Assembly: GCA_018696595.1 (NCBI GenBank)
Contig: JABHQW010000008.1
Coordinates: forward strand, 320,001 to 384,000
From: Candidatus Woesearchaeota archaeon
GTDB lineage: Archaea > Nanobdellota > Nanobdellia > Woesearchaeales > GW2011-AR9
Reading direction: 5' to 3'
Length of the DNA stretch: 64,000 bases
The notes below the pieces were generated by a model, which ran no database searches, was not told the DNA's origin, and saw nothing but the letters and a program-made list of their open reading frames with translations. A program made the translations under genes and the position numbers. This document shows, one piece after another, positions 54,978 through 63,077 of this stretch (the first letter of the stretch is position 1; every line of letters begins with the position of its first letter).

Positions 54978-55883
54978 TTAAAAGGTAGTTCCAACAAATC
55001 CACCTAAGTTGTAATCAAGAGTTCCTTCATTTCCAACTTCAGTTAGGTCTGCAGCAGCTCCAATTTGGTATTTGTCCATTAATGTTACTCCTGCTCTTAA
55101 TTTCTGAACACTAAACTGGTGGCCAGTTTCTCCAACACTAGTTAGGTCCTCTAAGTTTATTAGCAAATCAACTTTTTCTCCTAACTCTGGGCTGTAGCTT
55201 AGGTTTACTACAAACTCTCCGTCTGGGCTTTCCATTGTTTTTACTGTTGCTAAGGCATACACTGCAAAATCTCCTAGTGCTTTGAAGTATTGCAAACCTG
55301 CTCTTGGAATTACTCCCATTCCTGGTGCTGCCTGTACTTCTCCTACAATGTCTAAGCCATCAACTAAGTTATAGCTCAAGTCCATTAAACCAAAAAAGCT
55401 TACTTCTCCTTCATAGTCTGAAGTGGTCATTTGTCTCAAGAACAAATTGGTTTTTGGAGCGATACTTGTGGACACTTTTGTGTCTAAGGTTGTTGATTGG
55501 TGTCCTGCTGATAATTCTACTGATCCGCTTGCTGGGGTTTCATCTGCTAGGCCAACTCCTGGTGCTAATATTGCACAAGCCACTCCTGCTGCATAAGCTA
55601 AGTTTCTGGGGGTGGCTAATCTTTGTAATGCTTCTTTTGCTTCTGCAGTTATTTTCTCTAAGATAGTTGGTTCTCTAACTAATGCGATCCCTCTTTTATC
55701 GCTAATAACTTTTCCTTCTCCTGCAACTTCTTGTATAATTCTCTCTTCTGCAGTAAGTGGTGCTTCAGCAACTTTTGCTTCTTCATCAATATCTTCTGGA
55801 AGATATAATCTTCCTTCGGTTTTCCAATATCTTTTTCCTCCAGTTTCAATAAGTTCTGAAGGTAAAATCATTTCATTTGTCAT
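54978..55883 (-). CDS. Protein with a long n-region, an internal signal-like segment and a predicted ~12-strand amphipathic beta-barrel ending in Phe
   Basis: LAYAAGVACAILAPGVGLA^DE, then alternating strands (GLMDLSYNL, PRAGLQYF, LRAGVTL, YNLGGFVGTTF); ggagg SD. Confidence 0.7.
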   Translation of the reverse strand: MTNEMILPSELIETGGKRYWKTEGRLYLPEDIDEEAKVAEAPLTAEERIIQEVAGEGKVISDKRGIALVREPTILEKITAEAKEALQRLATPRNLAYAAGVACAILAPGVGLADETPASGSVELSAGHQSTTLDTKVSTSIAPKTNLFLRQMTTSDYEGEVSFFGLMDLSYNLVDGLDIVGEVQAAPGMGVIPRAGLQYFKALGDFAVYALATVKTMESPDGEFVVNLSYSPELGEKVDLLINLEDLTSVGETGHQFSVQKLRAGVTLMDKYQIGAAADLTEVGNEGTLDYNLGGFVGTTF

Positions 55884-55925
55884 TTTTCATATCTCCTCCT
55901 TTTTTAGGCAGAAAGGCAAACTGCT

Positions 55926-55945
55926 TAACTACTATTTAGTAGTTA
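55926..55945. promoter_or_regulatory. Perfect 20-bp palindrome, candidate operator
   Basis: taactacta-tt-tagtagtta, lying between the barrel gene's TATA (55955-55963, - strand) and its start. Confidence 0.55.
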
Positions 55946-56028
55946 TGTTTGTTGGTATATAAATGCTCTCTCCCCTCGAAGGGGCGAAAAAAGAAAGATT
56001 TATAACTAAAACAAGCTTATTTAATCTA

Positions 56029-57984
56029 ATGGACTTAGAATTACTCAAAGAAATTGGTTTAACTGATGGAGAAATTAGGGTATATTTGGCTTTATTTAAG
56101 TTAGGTTCTACTTCTACTGGGCCATTAATCAAAGAATCAAAAGTACATGCATCTAAAGTTTATCCTATTTTGGATCGCTTGATAGAAAAAGGGTTAGTTT
56201 CATTTGTTAAATTGGATAAAAAAACAATTTATACTGCAAATCCTGCGACTACAATTATTTCATATTTAGATAAATTACAGGGCAAGATTGGGCAACAAAA
56301 GAAATCCGCAGTTAATTTAATTGAGGAATTAACAAAGTTAAAAAGTTTAAATAAAACCGAATCAGAAACAACCGTCTTTAAAGGAGCCAAAGGATTAAAA
56401 AATGCTTATAATATTGCTATCAAAGAATTAAAGAAAGGTGAAGATTGTTATGCAATGTTTTTACCTAAAGTAGCAAATAATTTACTGCCTTTTTTTGAGA
56501 AACTTATTACAGATGTTTCTAAAAAGAAAGTTAATCATTATTTGTTATACAATGAACTCTCTCCAGAGATAGATTTGATTAAACATTTGCCTGGGACCAA
56601 TGTTAGGGTTGATAGTCCCCACGGATATCAATCTCCAGCAGAAATGTGTGTTTATGGTGAATATACCATTGTCTCAACATCTGGTGGAAAAGAATATCTA
56701 ACTATTTTAATAAAAGACAAGATCATTGCTAATTCTTTCAAAAATCAGTTTAAAGCAATCTGGAATCAAGAAGTGCAAACTTTCCATGGGGTGGAGGGAA
56801 TGCAATTTGCTTTCGATGAAGCCTTAAGAGCAACACCAAATGGGGCCACTAGTTATGTTTTTGGAGCAACAAAAACATCGAAGGGAACTGACAAATTACT
56901 CTTTGAATATAATAAAAGAAGAGCAGAAAAAGGAATTAAACTGAAAATATTGTTTAATGAGGAAGCTACGAGTTCTAAAACAACAAGGTCTGCAAGAAAA
57001 GAAACAAATCCCTTGGCAGAGATAAAAATAATGCCCCATGAATCTACTCCGAGTGCTTATGAAGTTTTTCCAGATAGAGTTATTATCACAACAGCGTCTA
57101 GGGGAAATCCAACATCGATTGTGATTAAAGATAAAGAATTTGTTAAAACCTGTATCATTCAATTTAATGAGCTTTGGAATCAGAAAACAAGAACATTTCG
57201 AGGAAAAAAAGGCGTGGAAACTATTTTTAATGAAGCTCTTAATTCTAAAGAGATTAGGTTTATTGGTGGTAATTGGGGGATGGTTAAGTATCATAAAGCA
57301 TTCTTTGAGAACTGGAACCTAGAAAGGGAAAAGAAAAAAATTATGTGGTTGGATTTAGTTGATGCCGACGTTCTAATAAAACAGAAAGAGGTGCCCAAAC
57401 AACTAAAACATTATCAAGTGAAAGTTCTCCCCGAACAAGTTAATAGTCCAGGGGTAATATTTATTTATGGGAATAAAGTTGCTACAATTATTTGGAAAAA
57501 AGAAGCCATCATTAATGTTGTTGAAAGTAAAGAAACCGTTGATCATTATAAAAAATATTTTGATTATCTTTGGGATCAAAGAATTAAGACTTATTCTGGA
57601 AAAGACGGGGTGAAGAATCTTCTTAATACTATGCTTGATACAGAATCAAAAGAGTATTTTGCGTATGGTGGTCCTCAAAAAGCCTATGATTTATTGGGAC
57701 ACACTTTTTGGAAAAGTTTTCATGAAAAAAGAGTCCATAAAGGTATTGATGCTGAACTGGTTTTCCATTCTTCTTTGGGTTGGTGGGGAGATAAACTAAA
57801 TGAATTAGAATTAACTGAAGTTAGAACAACGAAAAAAGATTTTGAAGAGTTAACTGAAACCGTAATTTGTGGAAACAAAGTAGCAATTATTGTTTGGCTT
57901 GACCATCCTTTTGGAATTTTAATGGAAGAACCTCTTGCTGCGAAATCTTATCAGAAATTTTTTGAATTAATTTGGGAAAAATAG
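56029..57984 (+). CDS. TrmB-family regulator: wHTH plus four tandem effector-binding domains
   Basis: GLTDGEIRVYLAL, VY..L.RL.EKGLV; repeats start near 56368, 56773, 57187 and 57583, each T(F/Y)xGxxG...FxxLW. Confidence 0.85.
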   Translation: MDLELLKEIGLTDGEIRVYLALFKLGSTSTGPLIKESKVHASKVYPILDRLIEKGLVSFVKLDKKTIYTANPATTIISYLDKLQGKIGQQKKSAVNLIEELTKLKSLNKTESETTVFKGAKGLKNAYNIAIKELKKGEDCYAMFLPKVANNLLPFFEKLITDVSKKKVNHYLLYNELSPEIDLIKHLPGTNVRVDSPHGYQSPAEMCVYGEYTIVSTSGGKEYLTILIKDKIIANSFKNQFKAIWNQEVQTFHGVEGMQFAFDEALRATPNGATSYVFGATKTSKGTDKLLFEYNKRRAEKGIKLKILFNEEATSSKTTRSARKETNPLAEIKIMPHESTPSAYEVFPDRVIITTASRGNPTSIVIKDKEFVKTCIIQFNELWNQKTRTFRGKKGVETIFNEALNSKEIRFIGGNWGMVKYHKAFFENWNLEREKKKIMWLDLVDADVLIKQKEVPKQLKHYQVKVLPEQVNSPGVIFIYGNKVATIIWKKEAIINVVESKETVDHYKKYFDYLWDQRIKTYSGKDGVKNLLNTMLDTESKEYFAYGGPQKAYDLLGHTFWKSFHEKRVHKGIDAELVFHSSLGWWGDKLNELELTEVRTTKKDFEELTETVICGNKVAIIVWLDHPFGILMEEPLAAKSYQKFFELIWEK

Positions 57985-57994
57985 AAATAAAAAA

Positions 57995-58753
57995 TTAATC
58001 CATAATCCCATACCATTGAAGAAGAAGTCGATCTACACCTTTAACAAGGTCATAATCAGAACCATAAATCTTAATACAAGCATCACTCAGTTCAATCTTG
58101 GCTTCTTCACTTAGAACTAATTCAATTACTGGCTTATTGTCTGGGTTGTTCTCACAGCTAATGATTGGTCTCTCTTCACAACCGGTTCCTTCTTCCGTGC
58201 AAGAACCCACTGGTTTTCGGTCCATTCCTTTTACCACATTAAAACTTAATTCTGAAACTGATAATGTGTAATATTTGTTAACAACCTTAGGGTCAATAGC
58301 AATGTGAACTTCTTCTCCCATATTGAAGTCTTGGGATAAGCTTCCTTCAATAATAATCTCTTCCAATTCTTTTGGTCCAAAATGTAATGGTACTTTTAAT
58401 AGTGTGTCAAATTTATTCATCTCTGTCCACCACAGGCCATCAACTTTAACAAAACTGTAACCATTATGCATATAACCTTCGTCTTCATCTAGATCTCCCT
58501 CTAGATTTTCTTGATGTAATGCGTCAACATCAACAACTGCAGCAGAAGTAATTCCGTTATAGAATGTTGCTCCGCCAAACATTAAAGCAAACAACCCCAA
58601 AATCACAACAACAGAAATAATAATGTTTTTAGCATCTCCTTTATCTACATCGGGGTCTTCAAGATCTTCTTTAATTGCTTTATTGATTTCAAATTGTTCT
58701 TCTCGGTCAAGTTCTTTTTCAATAACCTGGCCTATTTTGATCTCATCTTTCAT
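57995..58753 (-). CDS. Hypothetical single-TM protein with a Cys-containing outer domain
   Basis: Acidic N-terminus, TM IIISVVVILGLFALMF, four Cys in the outer domain. Confidence 0.65.
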   Translation of the reverse strand: MKDEIKIGQVIEKELDREEQFEINKAIKEDLEDPDVDKGDAKNIIISVVVILGLFALMFGGATFYNGITSAAVVDVDALHQENLEGDLDEDEGYMHNGYSFVKVDGLWWTEMNKFDTLLKVPLHFGPKELEEIIIEGSLSQDFNMGEEVHIAIDPKVVNKYYTLSVSELSFNVVKGMDRKPVGSCTEEGTGCEERPIISCENNPDNKPVIELVLSEEAKIELSDACIKIYGSDYDLVKGVDRLLLQWYGIMD

Positions 58754-58773
58754 TTTGTATGTTAAGTGTTGTT

Positions 58774-59802
58774 TTAGTTTATATTATTTTCCATAGTTTT
58801 AGAATAATTTGCTTTAATTCTTTTTAAATAGATTTCCAACTTTTCTTTAACTTCATTTTCTAATTCCTCATTTAATTCTAATAATTCAACTTCTTTATTC
58901 CAATCAAGATCTGGCAATTTAGTTATTGTTCCTTTTAATTTTCGATTAACAGATTTAATATCTTCCTCAATCTTGAATGCTTCTTTTGTGCCAAACATTT
59001 TTGTTGCGGGAAATTTAGTAAATGCGTTAGCTCCTGCTTTTAATAACGAACCAACTTCTTCATATCTTCTGGCAGTAGTTCCAGCAATGATTTCTAATTT
59101 TGGGAAATTGATTCTTGTTTTTGCAATCCACCAAAGATAATCTTCTGTCTTTGGTCCGTTACCATGTTCAAAGATTGTTCCTTTAACTGGTTTCAAAGCA
59201 TAGAAAGTAATTCTTTCTAAATTATGTTTTTTAATGAAGTTTTTTAGTAATGGGAAATCTTCTTTCTTTTCTCCTAATCCAATAACCATAGTCATGCTTT
59301 TCTGAAAGTCTTTTGTTTTCTCAAACATTTCCTCATAAGGTTGAATTGGTTTGTCCGGACAGATCTCATTATGTAACTTTGGTTCAATTGTTTCAATTGA
59401 AGAAACTATTCCTTTAACATAGGGTTTGAATGTTTCTAAGTCTTCTTTTTCTATTACTCCAATGTTTAACCAAATTTTTTCTCCGTAAACTTTGCTGATT
59501 AATTTGATTCGTTCCAACATTTCTTCTTTTGGAAAGATTCTATAACCTCCCGTAAGAAATTCGATTCGCCAGCCAAGTTTCTTGCAAAGAAGTGCTTCAA
59601 CTAAATCTGAACTTAATGATCTTTTGGCAGTTTTAGCATGTTGAACTTTATGTTTGATTGTGCTTCTAAAACAGAATTTGCATGTTCCTATATCACAATA
59701 CCAACTAAGAAAGATACATCTACCGTACCAAGTGGTATTTGGAAAATTGTCTTTGTACACTTGGTTTGCTTGTTCTATTAGTTGTTGGGTTTCTTTGTCC
59801 AT
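58774..59802 (-). CDS. Radical SAM protein (BioB-like fold) with CX4CX2C motif
   Basis: WYCDIGTCKFC, FLTGG, IGLGE, GANAFTKFP. Confidence 0.8.
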   Translation of the reverse strand: MDKETQQLIEQANQVYKDNFPNTTWYGRCIFLSWYCDIGTCKFCFRSTIKHKVQHAKTAKRSLSSDLVEALLCKKLGWRIEFLTGGYRIFPKEEMLERIKLISKVYGEKIWLNIGVIEKEDLETFKPYVKGIVSSIETIEPKLHNEICPDKPIQPYEEMFEKTKDFQKSMTMVIGLGEKKEDFPLLKNFIKKHNLERITFYALKPVKGTIFEHGNGPKTEDYLWWIAKTRINFPKLEIIAGTTARRYEEVGSLLKAGANAFTKFPATKMFGTKEAFKIEEDIKSVNRKLKGTITKLPDLDWNKEVELLELNEELENEVKEKLEIYLKRIKANYSKTMENNIN

Positions 59803-59883
59803 TAGAATGTTATTTTGTGGGTGTGGTTTATAAGGTTTTAGCTTACTTTTTGTGGTGATTTTTTATGGGGAAAAATATGGCTT

Positions 59884-60372
59884 TTAATTCTTTAATAAAT
59901 TAATAATTAAATCAACTGTTTCTTTTACAGAAATACTTTCTACATCAATAAGAATATCTTTTTCTTCCGGCACGGCAAGATAAGAATAACTTTTTTTCAT
60001 ATATTCTTCAGAAGCGATTTTTTGTTTTCTTTTCAAATTCCTTTTTTTTGTTTCTTTTAAAGATGCTTTTAAGAAAATAGAAATAATCTTATATTTATTA
60101 GTTCTCAATTCTTTTCCTAGTTCTTTGTTAAGATCTTTTAAGAAAGACTCTTGGAGAAGGATATCCTTTTCTTTTTTAATTAAATTTTTGATTTTGGGGT
60201 AATATAATGAGTGGGCTTTAATTTTTCTTTCTGCACGTTCCAAATGATTAAATTTTTCTTTAAATTCTTCTAAATTAACATAATTAAATTTTTTTAATTT
60301 TTTAGAAAGATGTTTACAGGTAGTAGTTTTTCCCACTCCTGCTGGTCCTTTAATTAAGATTAATTTTGGCAT
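59884..60372 (-). CDS. P-loop nucleotide kinase-like (AAA_18/33-type) protein
   Basis: ILIKGPAGVGKTT; LKASLKET..RN lid region. Confidence 0.75.
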   Translation of the reverse strand: MPKLILIKGPAGVGKTTTCKHLSKKLKKFNYVNLEEFKEKFNHLERAERKIKAHSLYYPKIKNLIKKEKDILLQESFLKDLNKELGKELRTNKYKIISIFLKASLKETKKRNLKRKQKIASEEYMKKSYSYLAVPEEKDILIDVESISVKETVDLIINLLKN

Positions 60373-60382
60373 TTTAAAGATA

Positions 60383-60455
60383 AGCCCCTGGTGAGAGTTG
60401 CACTCACGGTCTACTGCTTACGAGGCAGTCGCTATAGCTACTAAGCCACAGGGGC
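60383..60455 (-). tRNA. trnT: tRNA-Thr(CGT), non-canonical D and T loops
   Basis: GCCCCTG/CAGGGGC acceptor; ACTGC-CT-CGT-AA-GCAGT; GTGAG-TGCAACT-CTCAC; 73 nt. Confidence 0.9.
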
Positions 60456-60512
60456 ATGAATACTTTACTTTTATTAGCAATATTTATAAATTATACTCTT
60501 GGAAGTGATAAA

Positions 60513-61079
60513 ATGATCCAGATTGTACTCTATCAATCACAGTATGAACCGCAATTGAAAGAGTTACTGCGAGGTTTTGAAGCAGAAGTAGAACATAGAT
60601 TAAGATGGCCATTTCCTTCTGCAGAAATTTCCCCCTTTGATGATCCAGAATCTTTAGATGAAAATGATCAAGATGACGAATTAATGGAAATGGTTGAAGA
60701 GGGGGCAGAGGATGCTCTTTCACAAATTAATCAAGGGAATGATGATTGTTATTTAGCTTTATCTCCAGAAGGAAATGTTATTGGTTTCCAAGTCACTCAT
60801 TTATATCACAATCAAGCAGATAAGCATGTTAAAGCAGGGGATTTAGAACTTTCCAGATTATATGTGCATCCCGATTTTAGAAAAAATGGTATTGGCAGAA
60901 TGTTAGATCAAGATTGTTTGGAAAGAGTTAAAACAGTTGATGGTATTAATAGGGTGATTACTTTTGTTGAGAAGAATAATAGTCCTAATATTGCATTAAA
61001 AAGGGATTTAGGTTTTAGAAAAAGTACTGGGTATCAAGACGGAGCAAGGGTTTATCATTTCTTTCAGAGAACTATTTAA
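60513..61079 (+). CDS. GNAT family N-acetyltransferase
   Basis: ELSRLYVHPDFRKNGIGRML (motif A), N..N..L...LGF. Start moved to 60513 because the longer ORF abuts the tRNA. Confidence 0.85.
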   Translation: MIQIVLYQSQYEPQLKELLRGFEAEVEHRLRWPFPSAEISPFDDPESLDENDQDDELMEMVEEGAEDALSQINQGNDDCYLALSPEGNVIGFQVTHLYHNQADKHVKAGDLELSRLYVHPDFRKNGIGRMLDQDCLERVKTVDGINRVITFVEKNNSPNIALKRDLGFRKSTGYQDGARVYHFFQRTI

Positions 61080-61236
61080 TCTCTTTTAACATTTCTTCTT
61101 TATTCTTAAACTTCTTTTGACACTCGAAACAAACTTCATATTGTTTGCTCTTGCCTTCTTTCTTAATTATCGTTCCTTTTAATTTTCCTAAAAATAATTC
61201 AGCGATTTTATTCCCACAAATTGTACATTTAGCCAT
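61072..61236 (-). CDS. Small Zn-finger protein (CxxC...CxxC); not in ORF track
   Basis: Translated by hand: MAKCTICGNKIAELFLGKLKGTIIKKEGKSKQYEVCFECQKKFKNKEEMLKEIK*; transcribed divergently from ABCE1. Confidence 0.75.
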   Translation of the reverse strand: MAKCTICGNKIAELFLGKLKGTIIKKEGKSKQYEVCFECQKKFKNKEEMLKEIK

Positions 61237-61313
61237 TTTAGAATACTTTATGTCTTTTGATTTTTAAAACTTACCACCAAAAACCATATAAATGTAATCA
61301 TTAAAATAACCCT

Positions 61314-63077
61314 ATGAAGAAAAGAATAGCTATAATCGATAAGGAGAAATGTCATCCTAGTGAATGTGGAGATTATCTTTGTGCTAAATTGTGCCCTGTT
61401 AATAGAACTGGAACAGATTGTGTCTTGCCACATGAAATACATAAAAAAGCAAAGATTGACGAATTACTTTGTACTGGCTGTTCTATTTGCTCAAACAGAT
61501 GTCCTTATCAAGCAATCCAAATTATTAATCTTCCAGAAGCATTAAACAAAGAACCAGTTCATCGGTTCGGAGAGAATGCTTTTGAATTATTTTCTTTACC
61601 AACACCAATCTTTGGTCAAGTTACAGGAATCTTGGGAAAGAATGGTATTGGGAAAACTACTGCTTTACAAATTCTGGCAGGATTATTAAAGCCAAACTTA
61701 GGCAACTATGAAAAAGAAACTGATTTTAAGGATGTTATCAATTATTTCAAAGGCAGTGAGACTCAGAAATTCTTAATGAAAATGCATGTTGGCGATATCA
61801 AATTATCTTACAAATTGCAACAAGTTGATTTGATTGCTAAACAGTTTACTGGAACCGTTCGTGAGTTATTAGAAAAAGTTGATGAAAAAAAACAATTAAA
61901 TGAAGTTGCTCAAGAATTACAATTAACAAGATTCTTAGATACTCCAGTTAACAAAATTTCTGGTGGAGAATTACAACGAGTAGCAATTGCTGCTTCTGTA
62001 TTAAAGAAAGCTAACATTTATTTCTTTGACGAACCTAGCTCTTATCTTGATATTAAGCAAAGGGTTAACGTTTCTAAATTTATTAGAAATCTAGCAGATG
62101 AAGATACTTCAATCATCGTTATTGAACACGATTTAATTATTCTTGATTACATGACAGATCTATTGAATTTAATGTACGGGCAAGAATCTGCTTATGGTAT
62201 TGTTTCTGGGATCAAGAATTCTAGGGAAGGAATCAATGCTTTCTTGGAAGGTTTTCTGAAAGAAGAAAATATTCGTTTTAGGTCTTATCCTATTAAGTTT
62301 GAGAAAGTTCAAGATAGACAAGTGGGAACTCAACAAAAACTAATTTCTTGGAAACATTTAAGCAAGAAGTTAGGGAACTTTATTTTGGAATCTGAATCTG
62401 GAGAATTATATAAAAACGAGATTATTGGTGTTTTAGGGGAAAATGGAATTGGTAAAACTAGTTTTGTAAAAGTATTAGCGGGATTAATTAAACCAGACTC
62501 TGGCGAGATTGATTCTGAAATTAAAGTTGCTTACAAACCTCAATACTTAGAAACTGCTTCAGATGAATTAGTAATGCAATATTTAGATGATGCAGTTCAA
62601 CAGTATCAAAACCAATTAATTAAACCATTAGATATGGAAAGATTAATGATGAAAAAATTGTCTGAACTTTCTGGTGGAGAATTACAAAAAGTATCTATTG
62701 TTAAATGTCTGAGTGAAGATGCAGAATTGTTTCTTCTGGATGAGCCTTCTGCTTATCTAGACGTTGAACAACGATTATTAATCTCTAAAGTAATTAAAAG
62801 TTTAACTGCAGAAAGAGAGATTACTGTTTTAGTGGTAGATCACGATTTAATGTTTTTAGATTATTTGTCTGATCGACTTGCTGTATTTACAGGAGAACCC
62901 GCTAAATCTGGTTTATTACAAGGTCCTTTTGATATGGTTGAAGGAATGAATTTGTTTTTAGAAGAGTTAGGCATTTCATTACGTAGAGATCCAAATTCGC
63001 ATCGGCCTCGGATTAACAAAGCCGGAAGTGTAAAGGATCGAGAACAACGTGCAGAAGGAAAGTTGTATTATAACTAA
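61314..63077 (+). CDS. rli: Ribosome recycling ATPase ABCE1/RLI
   Basis: N-terminal Fe-S Cys motifs, two ABC cassettes (GKNGIGKTT, ISGGELQ, FDEPSSYLD, EHD), RPRINK. Confidence 0.97.
   Translation: MKKRIAIIDKEKCHPSECGDYLCAKLCPVNRTGTDCVLPHEIHKKAKIDELLCTGCSICSNRCPYQAIQIINLPEALNKEPVHRFGENAFELFSLPTPIFGQVTGILGKNGIGKTTALQILAGLLKPNLGNYEKETDFKDVINYFKGSETQKFLMKMHVGDIKLSYKLQQVDLIAKQFTGTVRELLEKVDEKKQLNEVAQELQLTRFLDTPVNKISGGELQRVAIAASVLKKANIYFFDEPSSYLDIKQRVNVSKFIRNLADEDTSIIVIEHDLIILDYMTDLLNLMYGQESAYGIVSGIKNSREGINAFLEGFLKEENIRFRSYPIKFEKVQDRQVGTQQKLISWKHLSKKLGNFILESESGELYKNEIIGVLGENGIGKTSFVKVLAGLIKPDSGEIDSEIKVAYKPQYLETASDELVMQYLDDAVQQYQNQLIKPLDMERLMMKKLSELSGGELQKVSIVKCLSEDAELFLLDEPSAYLDVEQRLLISKVIKSLTAEREITVLVVDHDLMFLDYLSDRLAVFTGEPAKSGLLQGPFDMVEGMNLFLEELGISLRRDPNSHRPRINKAGSVKDREQRAEGKLYYN

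Noticed and set aside
60456-60512. Apparent signal peptide on the GNAT (MNTLLLLAIF...)
   Set aside because: It starts at the base next to the tRNA 5' end and spans the tRNA promoter; the ATG at 60513 is more plausible.
59884-61079. Integrated element at tRNA-Thr or tRNA-Trp
   Set aside because: I found no integrase and no duplicated tRNA 3' end (att site) in the window. The flanking kinase and GNAT genes may be accessory, but that is not evidence of an island.
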